Sequence record: SRR20825006_950
Direction: 5' to 3' (one strand)
DNA length: 48,094 nt
Shown here: positions 28,077 through 38,521 of the stretch, in pieces
How the letters are laid out: each line of letters opens with the position of its first letter
Position numbering within the stretch: the stretch's first letter is position 1
Notes under the pieces: model-generated
Database searches by the model: none
Told to the model about the DNA's origin: nothing
What the model saw: only the letters and a program-made list of their open reading frames with translations
Translations under genes and position numbers: made by a program

Positions 28077-29906
28077 TCACCGAGCGTAGCAGCTTGAGAT
28101 ATCCGGCCATTGATCGGTCTTAATGGTCGTGTAGTGATTCCAGAACGCATTGTCTATGGCCTTCAATTGGGCGGGCGTCGTATCGCGACGGTATCGAGCC
28201 AGGTGTCCCGGACCGCCGTTATAAGCGGCATAGGTTGCCTTTATCAAATTGTCATCACCGCCGGGCTGCTCGTGCTCGCCCAGCCGGATCGCATAATCAA
28301 CCAGGTAATGGGTCAGAATATCGATACCGGCATTCACATTGTAGTCGACCTCATTAACGAGACGATCCAGATCGTAGACCTTGCGCCAGACCCGGCCGTT
28401 GATTTGCATCATGCCCACAGCGCCACCGGCGGAACGCAACACTTCCGGCGGACTACTTGAACCCGCGAAATGACGCCAGCAGGATTCTTTCCAGGCTGTG
28501 GCACGAACCAGCGGATCGAGCCGCTCTGTCAGTCTGTCCGGCAGGCTGTTGTTTTTGTCCAGCCAGGCGCTGGCCTGTTCCTCCAGCAAACGGGCGACCA
28601 GCTCAAGGTAAGCATCAAGGTTATCCAACTGCGGGACCAGTCCCTTTAAAGCCTCGGCCGGGGTGATGCTGTCGGCATGCGCGGCTGGTAACAGCCAGGA
28701 GCCAACCCGGCCAAAACCGCCGGCGATTTGTTGGGTCAACGCGACGGTTGTGAATTCGGCCTTGTCCTGGCTGTTAAAACCGAACAAATCGCGAAACTCC
28801 GGGTCGACTTCCAGCGGTAAGGGTGTAAAACTCGGCGGCACCGATTCGGCTAACAGCAAGCGGGCAAGCCTGCGTAGCCCGTCACGCGTGATTTCCAGAC
28901 CATATTCCGGCCCCAGGGCATCAAGTGCCCGTAGTGCGTCACCACCGGCCAGAAACGCGGCAAGCCGGAAGTCTACTTCCAAACCCGGCGTCTCCAGACC
29001 TTCAAGTATGCCCATCAGCGGCCGCAAGCGATCCCATGTGGTCAGGAACAGTGCTCGAACCGGATCATGTTCGGGATCATCGATTGTCAGTGCCTCGGCA
29101 ATCGCGTGTCTCGCATCCAGCAACACGGCGAATAACTCAAGCCGCAAGGCACGGGAATCCGTAGATTGGGCCAGACTCATAATGATGGTGGTCAGAAAGC
29201 CGTCTAACTCGTCTTCAAGCGTTTGCCATTCAGCCAGTTCACTAGCGTCCAGAATCGGCTCGGGTCCCAGTTCGACAGGTTCAGGAGGGCGAACCTGAAA
29301 AGCCAGCCAGGCTCTGACGCCGGTTTCTTCAGTTTGGATGCGGGTAATGTGGGTTCGCTCCACCAGGGATGGCTCAGCATCCGGACCCAGCAATTGTTCG
29401 ATCAACTCATCCAGACTGTTAAGTGGACCGGCCAGGTCAACTTTGACGCTTTTCATGCGTGGCAGCACCAGTGCATCGGTAATGATCTGAACGGGTTTGC
29501 TCAAAAGGGCGGGGCTATTATCCGGGCGCGATAAGATAATCGAATCAGGCACAAATTCAATCGCCAGTCCCGATTCTGTCACCTGCGGGGTCAGTTTCAA
29601 TGCAAGACGGCCCTGCCACGGTTTCGGACCCCGGCAGACACCGAGTAAATGGGCCCCCGTCGTGGCAGTCAATGCCATGTCGACAGACAGTTGGGCATCC
29701 TCGGTCACCACCTGCACATCGGACAACTCAAGCTGGTTGCAAAGATCGTTGCGAAGCGTGCTCTGCCCATTCTCATCGAGTTCAAGGACACGACTGATCG
29801 CAGACTGCAGATGAGCCGTTTCAGCCAGCAAAAGGATTTCAACTTCGTCCGCAGATAATGCGTTCGAACTGAACAAGATGAAAAGCAGCCATCCAATGTG
29901 CTTCAT
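28077..29906 (-). CDS. Secreted protein with C-terminal lytic transglycosylase (SLT) domain
   Basis: Signal peptide. ATAWKESCW (catalytic E-S), GAVGMMQIN and AAYNGGPG SLT motifs. Confidence 0.85.
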   Translation of the reverse strand: MKHIGWLLFILFSSNALSADEVEILLLAETAHLQSAISRVLELDENGQSTLRNDLCNQLELSDVQVVTEDAQLSVDMALTATTGAHLLGVCRGPKPWQGRLALKLTPQVTESGLAIEFVPDSIILSRPDNSPALLSKPVQIITDALVLPRMKSVKVDLAGPLNSLDELIEQLLGPDAEPSLVERTHITRIQTEETGVRAWLAFQVRPPEPVELGPEPILDASELAEWQTLEDELDGFLTTIIMSLAQSTDSRALRLELFAVLLDARHAIAEALTIDDPEHDPVRALFLTTWDRLRPLMGILEGLETPGLEVDFRLAAFLAGGDALRALDALGPEYGLEITRDGLRRLARLLLAESVPPSFTPLPLEVDPEFRDLFGFNSQDKAEFTTVALTQQIAGGFGRVGSWLLPAAHADSITPAEALKGLVPQLDNLDAYLELVARLLEEQASAWLDKNNSLPDRLTERLDPLVRATAWKESCWRHFAGSSSPPEVLRSAGGAVGMMQINGRVWRKVYDLDRLVNEVDYNVNAGIDILTHYLVDYAIRLGEHEQPGGDDNLIKATYAAYNGGPGHLARYRRDTTPAQLKAIDNAFWNHYTTIKTDQWPDISSCYAR

Positions 29907-30102
29907 TCGATGCTCCAGTGGTAAGAGCGAGATGACTCGCGGGGTATGCCCGGTCCTGATTCTGGGCTGCGATATTATCCGCGCTTTTTAGGGAACTGTC
30001 ATGAAATATAGTATTGGTTTAAAAGACCGCTGAGTGTCGTCTCAGAGGAGGGCGGGGGACAAGCAAGATACTGAATTTGAAACCTTAATTTGTCAGCGGC
30101 CA

Positions 30103-30438
30103 TTAACTGATTTTTGAGAGTAACTTGCGAACCTCGTCAATCTTTAATGGCCGTACCAGACGAGCCACTTCCTTACCATCCTGCAGCAGTATCAAAGTCG
30201 GCCAAAGCTTGACCTTGAACAGACGCCCCAGACGCTTGCCTTTGCCGTCATAGATTCTGATATGACGTAGTTCTGAATGTTCAGCGAGGGCTTGTTTTAT
30301 GGCAGGTGTGGCGGCCTGACAATGTCCACACCAGGGTGCGCCAAATTCAAGTAGCGTGACACCGGCAAGTTGGCTGATGTGTTCGAATGTAACTGCTTCT
30401 TCTGAGTAATCAGCGTTAAAACCAATCATTGGCTTCAT
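30103..30438 (-). CDS. Thioredoxin family protein
   Basis: EFGAPWCGHC, FKVKLWPTLI...GKEVAR. Likely start ATG 30438 after GGAG. Confidence 0.88.
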   Translation of the reverse strand: MKPMIGFNADYSEEAVTFEHISQLAGVTLLEFGAPWCGHCQAATPAIKQALAEHSELRHIRIYDGKGKRLGRLFKVKLWPTLILLQDGKEVARLVRPLKIDEVRKLLSKIS

Positions 30439-30482
30439 CTCATGTACTCCACACAATCGATTTTAGATTACCCGGTGAAGGA

Positions 30483-30559
30483 AGCGAACGCTGAACTTTT
30501 CGGCAATTTTGGAGCCGCGATGCGGTGTAAAATTGTCCGATAGCAGCGTATTGTAAAAT
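30483..30559 (-). mobile_element. Integron attC site (degenerate), downstream of the HNH cassette
   Basis: Minus strand ATTTTACAATACGCTGCTATCGGACAATTTT...AAAATTGCCGAAAAGTTCAGCGTTCGCT, directly after the stop codon. Palindromic and similar to the attC at 32373-32450. Confidence 0.75.
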
Positions 30560-31426
30560 TTAATCATAGAGATACCAAGACTGATACCTATTAGAAGTAA
30601 TCGCATTGCCAGCACTTTTTTCTTTTTGGTTACATTCTTTACAGAGCAACTGGATATTTGATACGTCATTTAACCCGTGTTTAGCTAGCGGAACTATATG
30701 ATCGTAATTTTCCTGGTTGTCCAGATTAAGGGTCCCAGAAAGGTCTTTATCACACAGCACACAACGCCCACGATCTCTAAAATATACAGCTCTTTTAACC
30801 CAACTCGGTATGGTGGTTCGTTTCAAGACACCGGGTCGGGAAAACAGAGACTCTTGCTCTTCTGGGGGAGCTATGTCGACTTGCCGCTCAAGCTCGCCTG
30901 ACATCATCTGGTTAAAAATCATCAGAAGGCTTCTGTTCTGAAAAAGAACGTGAAAAACCTCTTTAACCGTTTGCTGTACTAACATTTCATAGTCGCCGCT
31001 TAGGCGGAGTTCGCCCATGTATTCATAAACATCATTTTCAGAGGCATCTACAAACGACTTTCCGACGCTCTCTAAATGGGACTCAAAACTCAAGCATTCA
31101 ATGTCATGAAACTCGAATGCTTGCTCAATCGGTAACCTCTGCGGTTTCATGTCAATTATCGCCGAAGGGATATCTCTGAACTTTTCGATCAGTTCCTTCC
31201 GGTCCTCTAACCCTATATTCGATGCTTCTTCATAGTAGATATCCTCTACTATGAACTCGATAAACTCGTGGAATATTGAATATTTTTGAAACGGGGAAAC
31301 CAAATAAAATATTCGCTCGTCACAATAAAAATCGTTCAGATTTCGTATATAAGAAAACTGATCGTGAAGTACATTTCTCACCACGTTACAGAAGTAGTAA
31401 GTTTCATAGAAACGAGCTTCGAGCAC
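30560..31426 (-). CDS. HNH endonuclease domain protein (integron cassette 3)
   Basis: RDRGRCVLC...YDHIVPLAKHG.ND.SNIQLLCKECN. True start is probably GTG 31426 after AAGGAG, downstream of the attC. Confidence 0.88.
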   Translation of the reverse strand: MLEARFYETYYFCNVVRNVLHDQFSYIRNLNDFYCDERIFYLVSPFQKYSIFHEFIEFIVEDIYYEEASNIGLEDRKELIEKFRDIPSAIIDMKPQRLPIEQAFEFHDIECLSFESHLESVGKSFVDASENDVYEYMGELRLSGDYEMLVQQTVKEVFHVLFQNRSLLMIFNQMMSGELERQVDIAPPEEQESLFSRPGVLKRTTIPSWVKRAVYFRDRGRCVLCDKDLSGTLNLDNQENYDHIVPLAKHGLNDVSNIQLLCKECNQKEKSAGNAITSNRYQSWYLYD

Positions 31427-31441
31427 TGGCTCTCCTTGACA

Positions 31442-31502
31442 ATTTAACGCCCGTGTAATAGGTGCGAGGTTGCGGGCGTCCTGAGTGATGCGCTTGTTAT
31501 CT
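31442..31502 (-). mobile_element. Integron attC site (61 bp)
   Basis: Minus strand AGATAACAAGCGCATCACTCAGGACGCCCGCAACCTCGCACCTATTACACGGGCGTTAAAT. The R'' box overlaps the TAA stop; R' is GTTAAAT. Confidence 0.85.
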
Positions 31503-32360
31503 GATACACAAACCAACCCCATCCACATCAATATATGTTAAGTGATCATCTTCACCATATTCTGAGCGAAAGTCATTTAGACCTTTCCACTCCCCCTTGG
31601 CTATCGACTCATGAAGCAATAAGTACAACGAACCCTTCGGAGGAAAATACGGTATGCGGTAAGCGAGAAAGCTGTGCGGAAGATCATCAATTTGATTTGA
31701 AGGTTGCATATCTATCTGCTCAACAGAGTCTAGGATTGAGCGATAGTAAATAGATATTAACTTTCGATTGACATTTTCAGAGTATTCAATGTCATTACCT
31801 ACCGGATCATGAAACTTAACCGCTGGCGACTCGTATAAATTGTAAGCAACGCTAGCTACAGAAAAATGGACTGGTATTGGTCCATCTCTTGACTGCGATT
31901 TATGGTCAACCATCTTGTTAGCTGATACCGATGAAACCTTATAGCCCTTTGCTTCAACCGCAAATTGTCTTGACAGCGTGTCACAGTACAGATCAGGTCT
32001 TTTGCCCTTAATGGGGAACCCATGTTGAACCATTGCGTCCTCATAATTATGAGTATACCTAGCGCAATAGATTCTTTTAGCTAGAAAATCAGCTAGCCCT
32101 TTACCAATTCTGTTGGATATCTGACCAAGTTCAGTTGGGTCATGAAAAATGACATCTGGTGCCGAAAAATAATCACCGCCATATCTCCAATACTCAACGA
32201 ACTCAAGCATAAACCCGGAAAACCTAAAAAAATTATATAGAGAACGATTGATTCCCATACCTGCAAAGGCCAAGTGCTTCGTAAACTGAAGATACGACAA
32301 ACTAAACTCTAGATCTCTGAAATTTCCTTTTTCATCTAAATGCTCAACCTTTAGCTTCAT
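31497..32360 (-). CDS. Hypothetical protein with PD-(D/E)XK nuclease-like motif (integron cassette 2)
   Basis: ATG 32360 after AAAGGA. KRPDLY...FAVEAKG catalytic-like motif. AT-rich sequence. Confidence 0.7.
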   Translation of the reverse strand: MKLKVEHLDEKGNFRDLEFSLSYLQFTKHLAFAGMGINRSLYNFFRFSGFMLEFVEYWRYGGDYFSAPDVIFHDPTELGQISNRIGKGLADFLAKRIYCARYTHNYEDAMVQHGFPIKGKRPDLYCDTLSRQFAVEAKGYKVSSVSANKMVDHKSQSRDGPIPVHFSVASVAYNLYESPAVKFHDPVGNDIEYSENVNRKLISIYYRSILDSVEQIDMQPSNQIDDLPHSFLAYRIPYFPPKGSLYLLLHESIAKGEWKGLNDFRSEYGEDDHLTYIDVDGVGLCIR

Positions 32361-32372
32361 GGTATTCCTTTC

Positions 32373-32450
32373 AGATAGCGCCACGCTCCGCGGCAAATTT
32401 GTAGCGCAGCGGAAATTTTGTCCTGCAGCAGCACCAGCACCTTGTTAGCC
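32373..32450 (-). mobile_element. Integron attC site (78 bp, R' box altered)
   Basis: Minus strand GGCTAACAAGGTGCTG...GGACAAAATTTCCGCTGCGCTACAAATTTGCCGCGGAGCGTGGCGCTATCT. R'' GGCTAAC overlaps the stop codon. Confidence 0.82.
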
Positions 32451-33104
32451 ATTTTCCATCTCAGCAATAAGGCTACGGATAAAGCTATCAAAAACTCTTA
32501 GTGCCTCGATCACCACATTCTCATTAAAGAATATTTGGGCATCTTCTTGATTCATGACTTCCTGGCGCAATTCAACACCGCCAATTTTGCACAATTTTGA
32601 ATATGTGGATTTTGGTGAATCAGGCTCATAATCGACATATCCATCTCTGTGAGCCACTGAGTTTCTCAGAACACCTAGTAATTTAATTGCCTGCCAATCC
32701 GACGTCGAAAAGGATTTTTCTAGACCGACAACCTTAACCAGATAGTTTCTTGCTCTCTCAATTCCTTGCCCGTGTATATCTTTTAAAGAAAGCCTTATAT
32801 TATCCGAGCCTTGGTACTCAACGCAGAAGTCATTAAGAATCTTCTCGAAGTAGCCATAAGCAACCATCAACTGGGAATACCATTGAAGTCTAGGAAGTGT
32901 TTCTGCCGTTTCTATCCAGTGATCGTTTACGTCTCTAAAAAAAGCATCCTGCTCGAATTCGTCCAAGCCATCTAGCTGTTCATTCATCTGGTCTTCTAAT
33001 TGTCGAAGCTCGTCCTCCAGCCCCTTCTTGGACACTGAGCAATGACGCACATAGGTCGGAAGCTCCCAAAGTGACTTATAAAGAATGTGACTTTGTCTAG
33101 GCAA
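32445..33104 (-). CDS. Hypothetical protein with HEPN-like RxxxxH motif (integron cassette 1)
   Basis: 219 aa, probably largely helical. YGYFEKIL...LRNSVAHRDG. TTG start after GGAG. Confidence 0.7.
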   Translation of the reverse strand: MPRQSHILYKSLWELPTYVRHCSVSKKGLEDELRQLEDQMNEQLDGLDEFEQDAFFRDVNDHWIETAETLPRLQWYSQLMVAYGYFEKILNDFCVEYQGSDNIRLSLKDIHGQGIERARNYLVKVVGLEKSFSTSDWQAIKLLGVLRNSVAHRDGYVDYEPDSPKSTYSKLCKIGGVELRQEVMNQEDAQIFFNENVVIEALRVFDSFIRSLIAEMENG

Positions 33105-33126
33105 AATCGTATTTCTCCATTCTGAT

Positions 33127-33175
33127 GGCTAATAGCGCGTTTATGAGGCCGTTGACCTCATATTAATTATTAGCG
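33127..33175 (-). mobile_element. attI-like site heading the cassette array (no integrase in window)
   Basis: Minus strand ...taataattaatatgaggtcaacggcctcataaacgcgctATTAGCC. TTAGCC is complementary to the cassette-1 R'' GGCTAA(C). Confidence 0.55.
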
Positions 33176-33385
33176 TGAAAGGGTCATAATTCGATGAGAA
33201 AAATAATCCTCTTTGTATGTGTATGAATTTATGAGTTTTTTATAAAAGTTTAGAGGGGGGAATTAATCGTGAAACGTTGACGGTTAATTTCCGGATTAGA
33301 TTGAATGATGTGAGGTGAGAGGGCATTAATGTGAATTCCTTTTCAACATGTTCATTTCCATCTGATTTCTCCAAGCTCTTCCTGG

Positions 33386-33955
33386 CTACAAAGGCTGTGG
33401 CTGTTCCTGATGCTGTCGCTTAAGTAAAACATACAAGGCCCCAGTCCCGCCATCTTCCACCGTGGCACTACAAAAAGCGAGCACTGCAGGGCTTTGCCGC
33501 AGCCAGTAATTGATTTTGCTTTTGAGGATGGGCTTGTTATCTCTTGAGCCCCAGCCTTTGCCGTGAATGATGCGTACGCAGCGGAGTTGCTGCTGCTGGC
33601 AGAGTTCCAAGAACTGACCCAGAGCGGGTTCTGCTTTGATGAGGGTCATACCATGGAGGTCGAGTTCGGCTTCCAGATGCACTTTGCCGTTTCGGAGTTT
33701 GGAGAACAGTTTGTGCTGAATGCCGGGGCCGCGATATTCCAGATATTCCTCATTGCCCACGGTGTCGGGCGCGAACATATCGGAGAAAGCCTGGCCGGTG
33801 ACTTCATGTTCGATGCTGCGTTTGCGGCGGGTTTTGACTTCAGGTTTGGGGCGTTCTATCAGTTGGCTTTTGTGGCGAATCGGCGTGGCATCGCGCATTT
33901 CCTGTCGAAACAGCGCGAAGTCATCGTTCTCCTTATCTTTCTGCCTGTCAGCCAT
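33386..33955 (-). CDS. Smr/MutS2 C-terminal domain endonuclease (SmrA-like)
   Basis: LDLHGM, VRIIHGKG, LKSKINYWL, VLAFCSA...DGGTGALYVLL. Confidence 0.92.
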   Translation of the reverse strand: MADRQKDKENDDFALFRQEMRDATPIRHKSQLIERPKPEVKTRRKRSIEHEVTGQAFSDMFAPDTVGNEEYLEYRGPGIQHKLFSKLRNGKVHLEAELDLHGMTLIKAEPALGQFLELCQQQQLRCVRIIHGKGWGSRDNKPILKSKINYWLRQSPAVLAFCSATVEDGGTGALYVLLKRQHQEQPQPL

Positions 33956-34051
33956 GAGCGGGATAAAACCTGAGTGTGGGATGGGATATAGCGTTTATTG
34001 TGCCAGATGACGCTTGTGTAAAAAACGGCTTTTGATTTACCATGCCAGTCA

Positions 34052-34140
34052 CTTGTCGGGGTGCCCGAGCGAAATGTTTCGCAGAGGCTGAGATGAAACC
34101 CGTTGAACCTGAAGAAGTTAAGACTTCCGTAGGAAACAAG
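34052..34140 (+). ncRNA. TPP (THI-box) riboswitch
   Basis: P1 cttgt/acaag, ggggtgc...gctgaga...acccgttgaacctga...cgtagga. Directly upstream of thiC. Confidence 0.95.
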
Positions 34141-34173
34141 CAGGATAACTGCAAACACCCTGGGTGTATCTAA

Positions 34174-36075
<1,902 letters not shown>

Positions 36076-36098
36076 GGGTTTGATTTGCCCTTTTAACT

Positions 36099-36253
36099 CC
36101 CCCCATCCCAGCCTTCCCCCGCGAGGGGGGAAGGGGCTCATCTCTCCCTCTCCACTTGATGGGACAAATGCGTCGGGAACGCATTTGGTCAGCGATAGCT
36201 GCCCGAAGGGGGACGGACAAGGACGTCCGTCAACAGAGGGCTAGGGTGAGGGG
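36099..36253. repeat. BoxC/REP-like doublet, copy 3, with a 71-bp insertion (36165-36235) in unit B
   Basis: ccccccatcccagccttcccccgcgaggggggaagg ... ccctctccacttgatggga[insert]gagggctagggtgagggg. Confidence 0.88.
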
Positions 36254-36290
36254 AAATGGGGATAACCAAGCTCAATAAAAGATCACAACC

Positions 36291-37370
36291 ATGAATCGTT
36301 ATCTGATTATCGGAAGTGGCCTGATCGGACGCCTCACAGCTTGGCGTCTGCTTCAGGCCGGCCATCAGGTCGCACTCCTGTCGAAAGATGATAAGGAGGG
36401 GAGTGACAGTGCCGGTTATGTCGCGGCATCAATGGTGGCCCCAGCCACGGAGGCGATTAGTGCCGAACCCATGGTGAAAACCGTGGGTTTGCGCTCTTAT
36501 TCCTTGTGGCCGCAGTGGCTGAAAGAATTGACGGAACCTGTTTATTACCAGGATCAGGGTACGCTGGTGGTTGCCCATGCCGGCGATCAGGCCGATATGG
36601 CGCGCTTTCAGCGACGTGCTGCGCATGTGCTGGATGAATCCGATTTCCGGATGCTGGATCGACAGGGCTTGCAGGAGCGCGAGCCGGAACTGGCTGATAA
36701 TTTCTCTCAGGCGATGTGGTTTGAGCAGGAATCATGTATTGATAACCGTCAGCTATACCGGCAGTTAACAACCCTGCTGGAAACGCATTGTGACTGGAAA
36801 CAAACCGGGGATATCGGTGAGTTGAATCCGGCGGAAATCGATCGGCTTTGTCAGCAATATCTCAATTGCAAAGCTGAGCATTTTGATGCGGTCATTGACT
36901 GTCGGGGTAACGGGGGCAAAGACAACCTGACCAACCTTCGCAGTGTGCGTGGTGAGGTCATTCGGGTGCAGGCACCGGAGGTGAATTTCAAACATGCCAT
37001 TCGTTTGATGCACCCGCGTTATCCGTTCTATCTCGCACCCAGGCCCAATTATGAATATGTGCTGGGTGCGACGGTGATTGAAAGTGATGATCGTTCACCG
37101 ATTACGGTTCGTAGCGGGCTGGAATTAATGTCAGCTTTGTACAGCCTGCATAAAGGCTTTGCTGAAGCCAGGATTGTGGAAATGACAGCTCATTGTCGCC
37201 CGGGCCTGCCGGATAATATGCCGACCATTAAACGCACTGACTGGGGTTACATCATTAACGGTTTTTACCGCCATGGCTATCTGTTCGGTCCTGCCGTGGT
37301 TGAGGATTTGACGCAATTGCTCGCAGGGCAACACGAGCAGGTGCATTTCGGAGAGTTATATGACATCTAA
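36291..37370 (+). CDS. thiO: Glycine oxidase (FAD-dependent, thiamine biosynthesis)
   Basis: GSGLIG FAD motif, VRGEV, HPRYP.Y..PR, NGFYRHGYL. Position in the thi operon. Confidence 0.9.
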   Translation: MNRYLIIGSGLIGRLTAWRLLQAGHQVALLSKDDKEGSDSAGYVAASMVAPATEAISAEPMVKTVGLRSYSLWPQWLKELTEPVYYQDQGTLVVAHAGDQADMARFQRRAAHVLDESDFRMLDRQGLQEREPELADNFSQAMWFEQESCIDNRQLYRQLTTLLETHCDWKQTGDIGELNPAEIDRLCQQYLNCKAEHFDAVIDCRGNGGKDNLTNLRSVRGEVIRVQAPEVNFKHAIRLMHPRYPFYLAPRPNYEYVLGATVIESDDRSPITVRSGLELMSALYSLHKGFAEARIVEMTAHCRPGLPDNMPTIKRTDWGYIINGFYRHGYLFGPAVVEDLTQLLAGQHEQVHFGELYDI

Positions 37371-37572
37371 TCAACAACAGATTCAGTTTAACGGTGAACC
37401 GCTGTCGATTGATCCGGCACAGACAGTCTCTGCTTTTCTTGAGAGCCAATCAGTCGCTGGTCGTTTTATCGTGGTCATCAATGACGAAGTGGTACCCAAA
37501 TCCAATTGGGATCAGCATCCTATCCAAGCCGGCGATCAGATAGAAATTATGTCTCCGATTAGTGGAGGTTAG
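37360..37572 (+). CDS. thiS: Sulfur carrier protein ThiS
   Basis: 70 aa ending [13 protein letters not shown], between thiO and thiG. Confidence 0.95.
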   Translation: MTSNQQQIQFNGEPLSIDPAQTVSAFLESQSVAGRFIVVINDEVVPKSNWDQHPIQAGDQIEIMSPISGG

Positions 37573-37580
37573 ACTTAAAT

Positions 37581-38375
37581 ATGAAAGCATCCAACTGGAC
37601 AGTTTACGGTCAGGAACTCGGTAGCCGTTTGTTTATCGGCACCGCCCTGTATCCCTCGCCCAAAGTCATGGTCGATGCAATTCGTGCCTCACGGGCCGAG
37701 GTCATTACCGTCTCTTTGCGTCGTCAGTCGGCTAATCAGCCTCATAGCGGCGACCAGTTCTGGCAGATGATCGAGGATTTGAATTGTCATCTGCTGCCGA
37801 ATACCGCCGGTTGCTACAGCGTTAAGGAAGCCGTCAAAACCGCCCATATGGCACGTGAGCTGTTTGATACAGATTGGGTGAAGCTGGAGGTAATGGGCGA
37901 TAGCTACAATCTGCAACCGGATCCTTTTGCGCTGGTGGAAGCGACTAAAATTCTGATTGAAGATGGTTTTAAGGTCTTTCCTTACACCACCGATGATTTG
38001 GTGCTGTGCCAGAAACTGGCGGAGCTCGGTTGTGAAGTCCTGATGCCCTGGGGTGCCCCGATTGGCACTGGTCAGGGGCTGCTGAATCCCTATGCCTTGA
38101 AAACACTGCGTGAACGTCTGCCTGAGCTGACCTTGCTGGTGGATGCCGGTATCGGTAAACCGTCCGATGCAGTGCAGGCGATGGAGCTGGGTTTTGACGG
38201 TATTCTTCTGAACACCGCGATTGCTGAAGCATTGGAGCCTGAAACCATGGCCTATGCTTTTGCTGATGCCATTAATGCCGGCCGTCTCGCACATGAAGCC
38301 GGGGTGATGCCCAAACGGGATAATGCCAAGCCGAGTACGCCGACTCTGGATCAGCCGATCTGGCAGCAGGGGTAG
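37581..38375 (+). CDS. thiG: Thiazole synthase
   Basis: [42 protein letters not shown]. Confidence 0.98.
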   Translation: MKASNWTVYGQELGSRLFIGTALYPSPKVMVDAIRASRAEVITVSLRRQSANQPHSGDQFWQMIEDLNCHLLPNTAGCYSVKEAVKTAHMARELFDTDWVKLEVMGDSYNLQPDPFALVEATKILIEDGFKVFPYTTDDLVLCQKLAELGCEVLMPWGAPIGTGQGLLNPYALKTLRERLPELTLLVDAGIGKPSDAVQAMELGFDGILLNTAIAEALEPETMAYAFADAINAGRLAHEAGVMPKRDNAKPSTPTLDQPIWQQG

Positions 38376-38391
38376 GAGTCTGAGCGTAAGC

Positions 38392-38483
38392 CGTCATTGC
38401 GAGAAGGGGACGACGAAGCAATCCAGTCCGGTGCATTTCAGGGCTGGGGCCGGATCGCTGCGGGCAGTGACCTTACGATGACG
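38392..38483. repeat. CGTC-type REP inverted pair (degenerate)
   Basis: cgtcattgcgag...cgaagcaatccag ... ggatcgctgcg...ttacgatgacg, with CGTCAT/ATGACG termini. Confidence 0.7.
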
Positions 38484-38521
38484 AATCTTTTTAAACAACA
38501 TTCATTTACTGATAAACGGCA

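Noticed and set aside
30103-30456. Thioredoxin as a fourth integron cassette
   Set aside because: No attC-like palindrome follows its stop, and its composition resembles the backbone.
31427-31531. ORF-track N-terminal extensions of the cassette genes (31531 and 32396 starts)
   Set aside because: They read through attC sites. RBS-supported starts are GTG 31426 and ATG 32360.
33135-33385. Integron integrase or a remnant of one
   Set aside because: The 250-bp AT-rich stretch has no ORF or tyrosine-recombinase motif, and I saw no LexA box.
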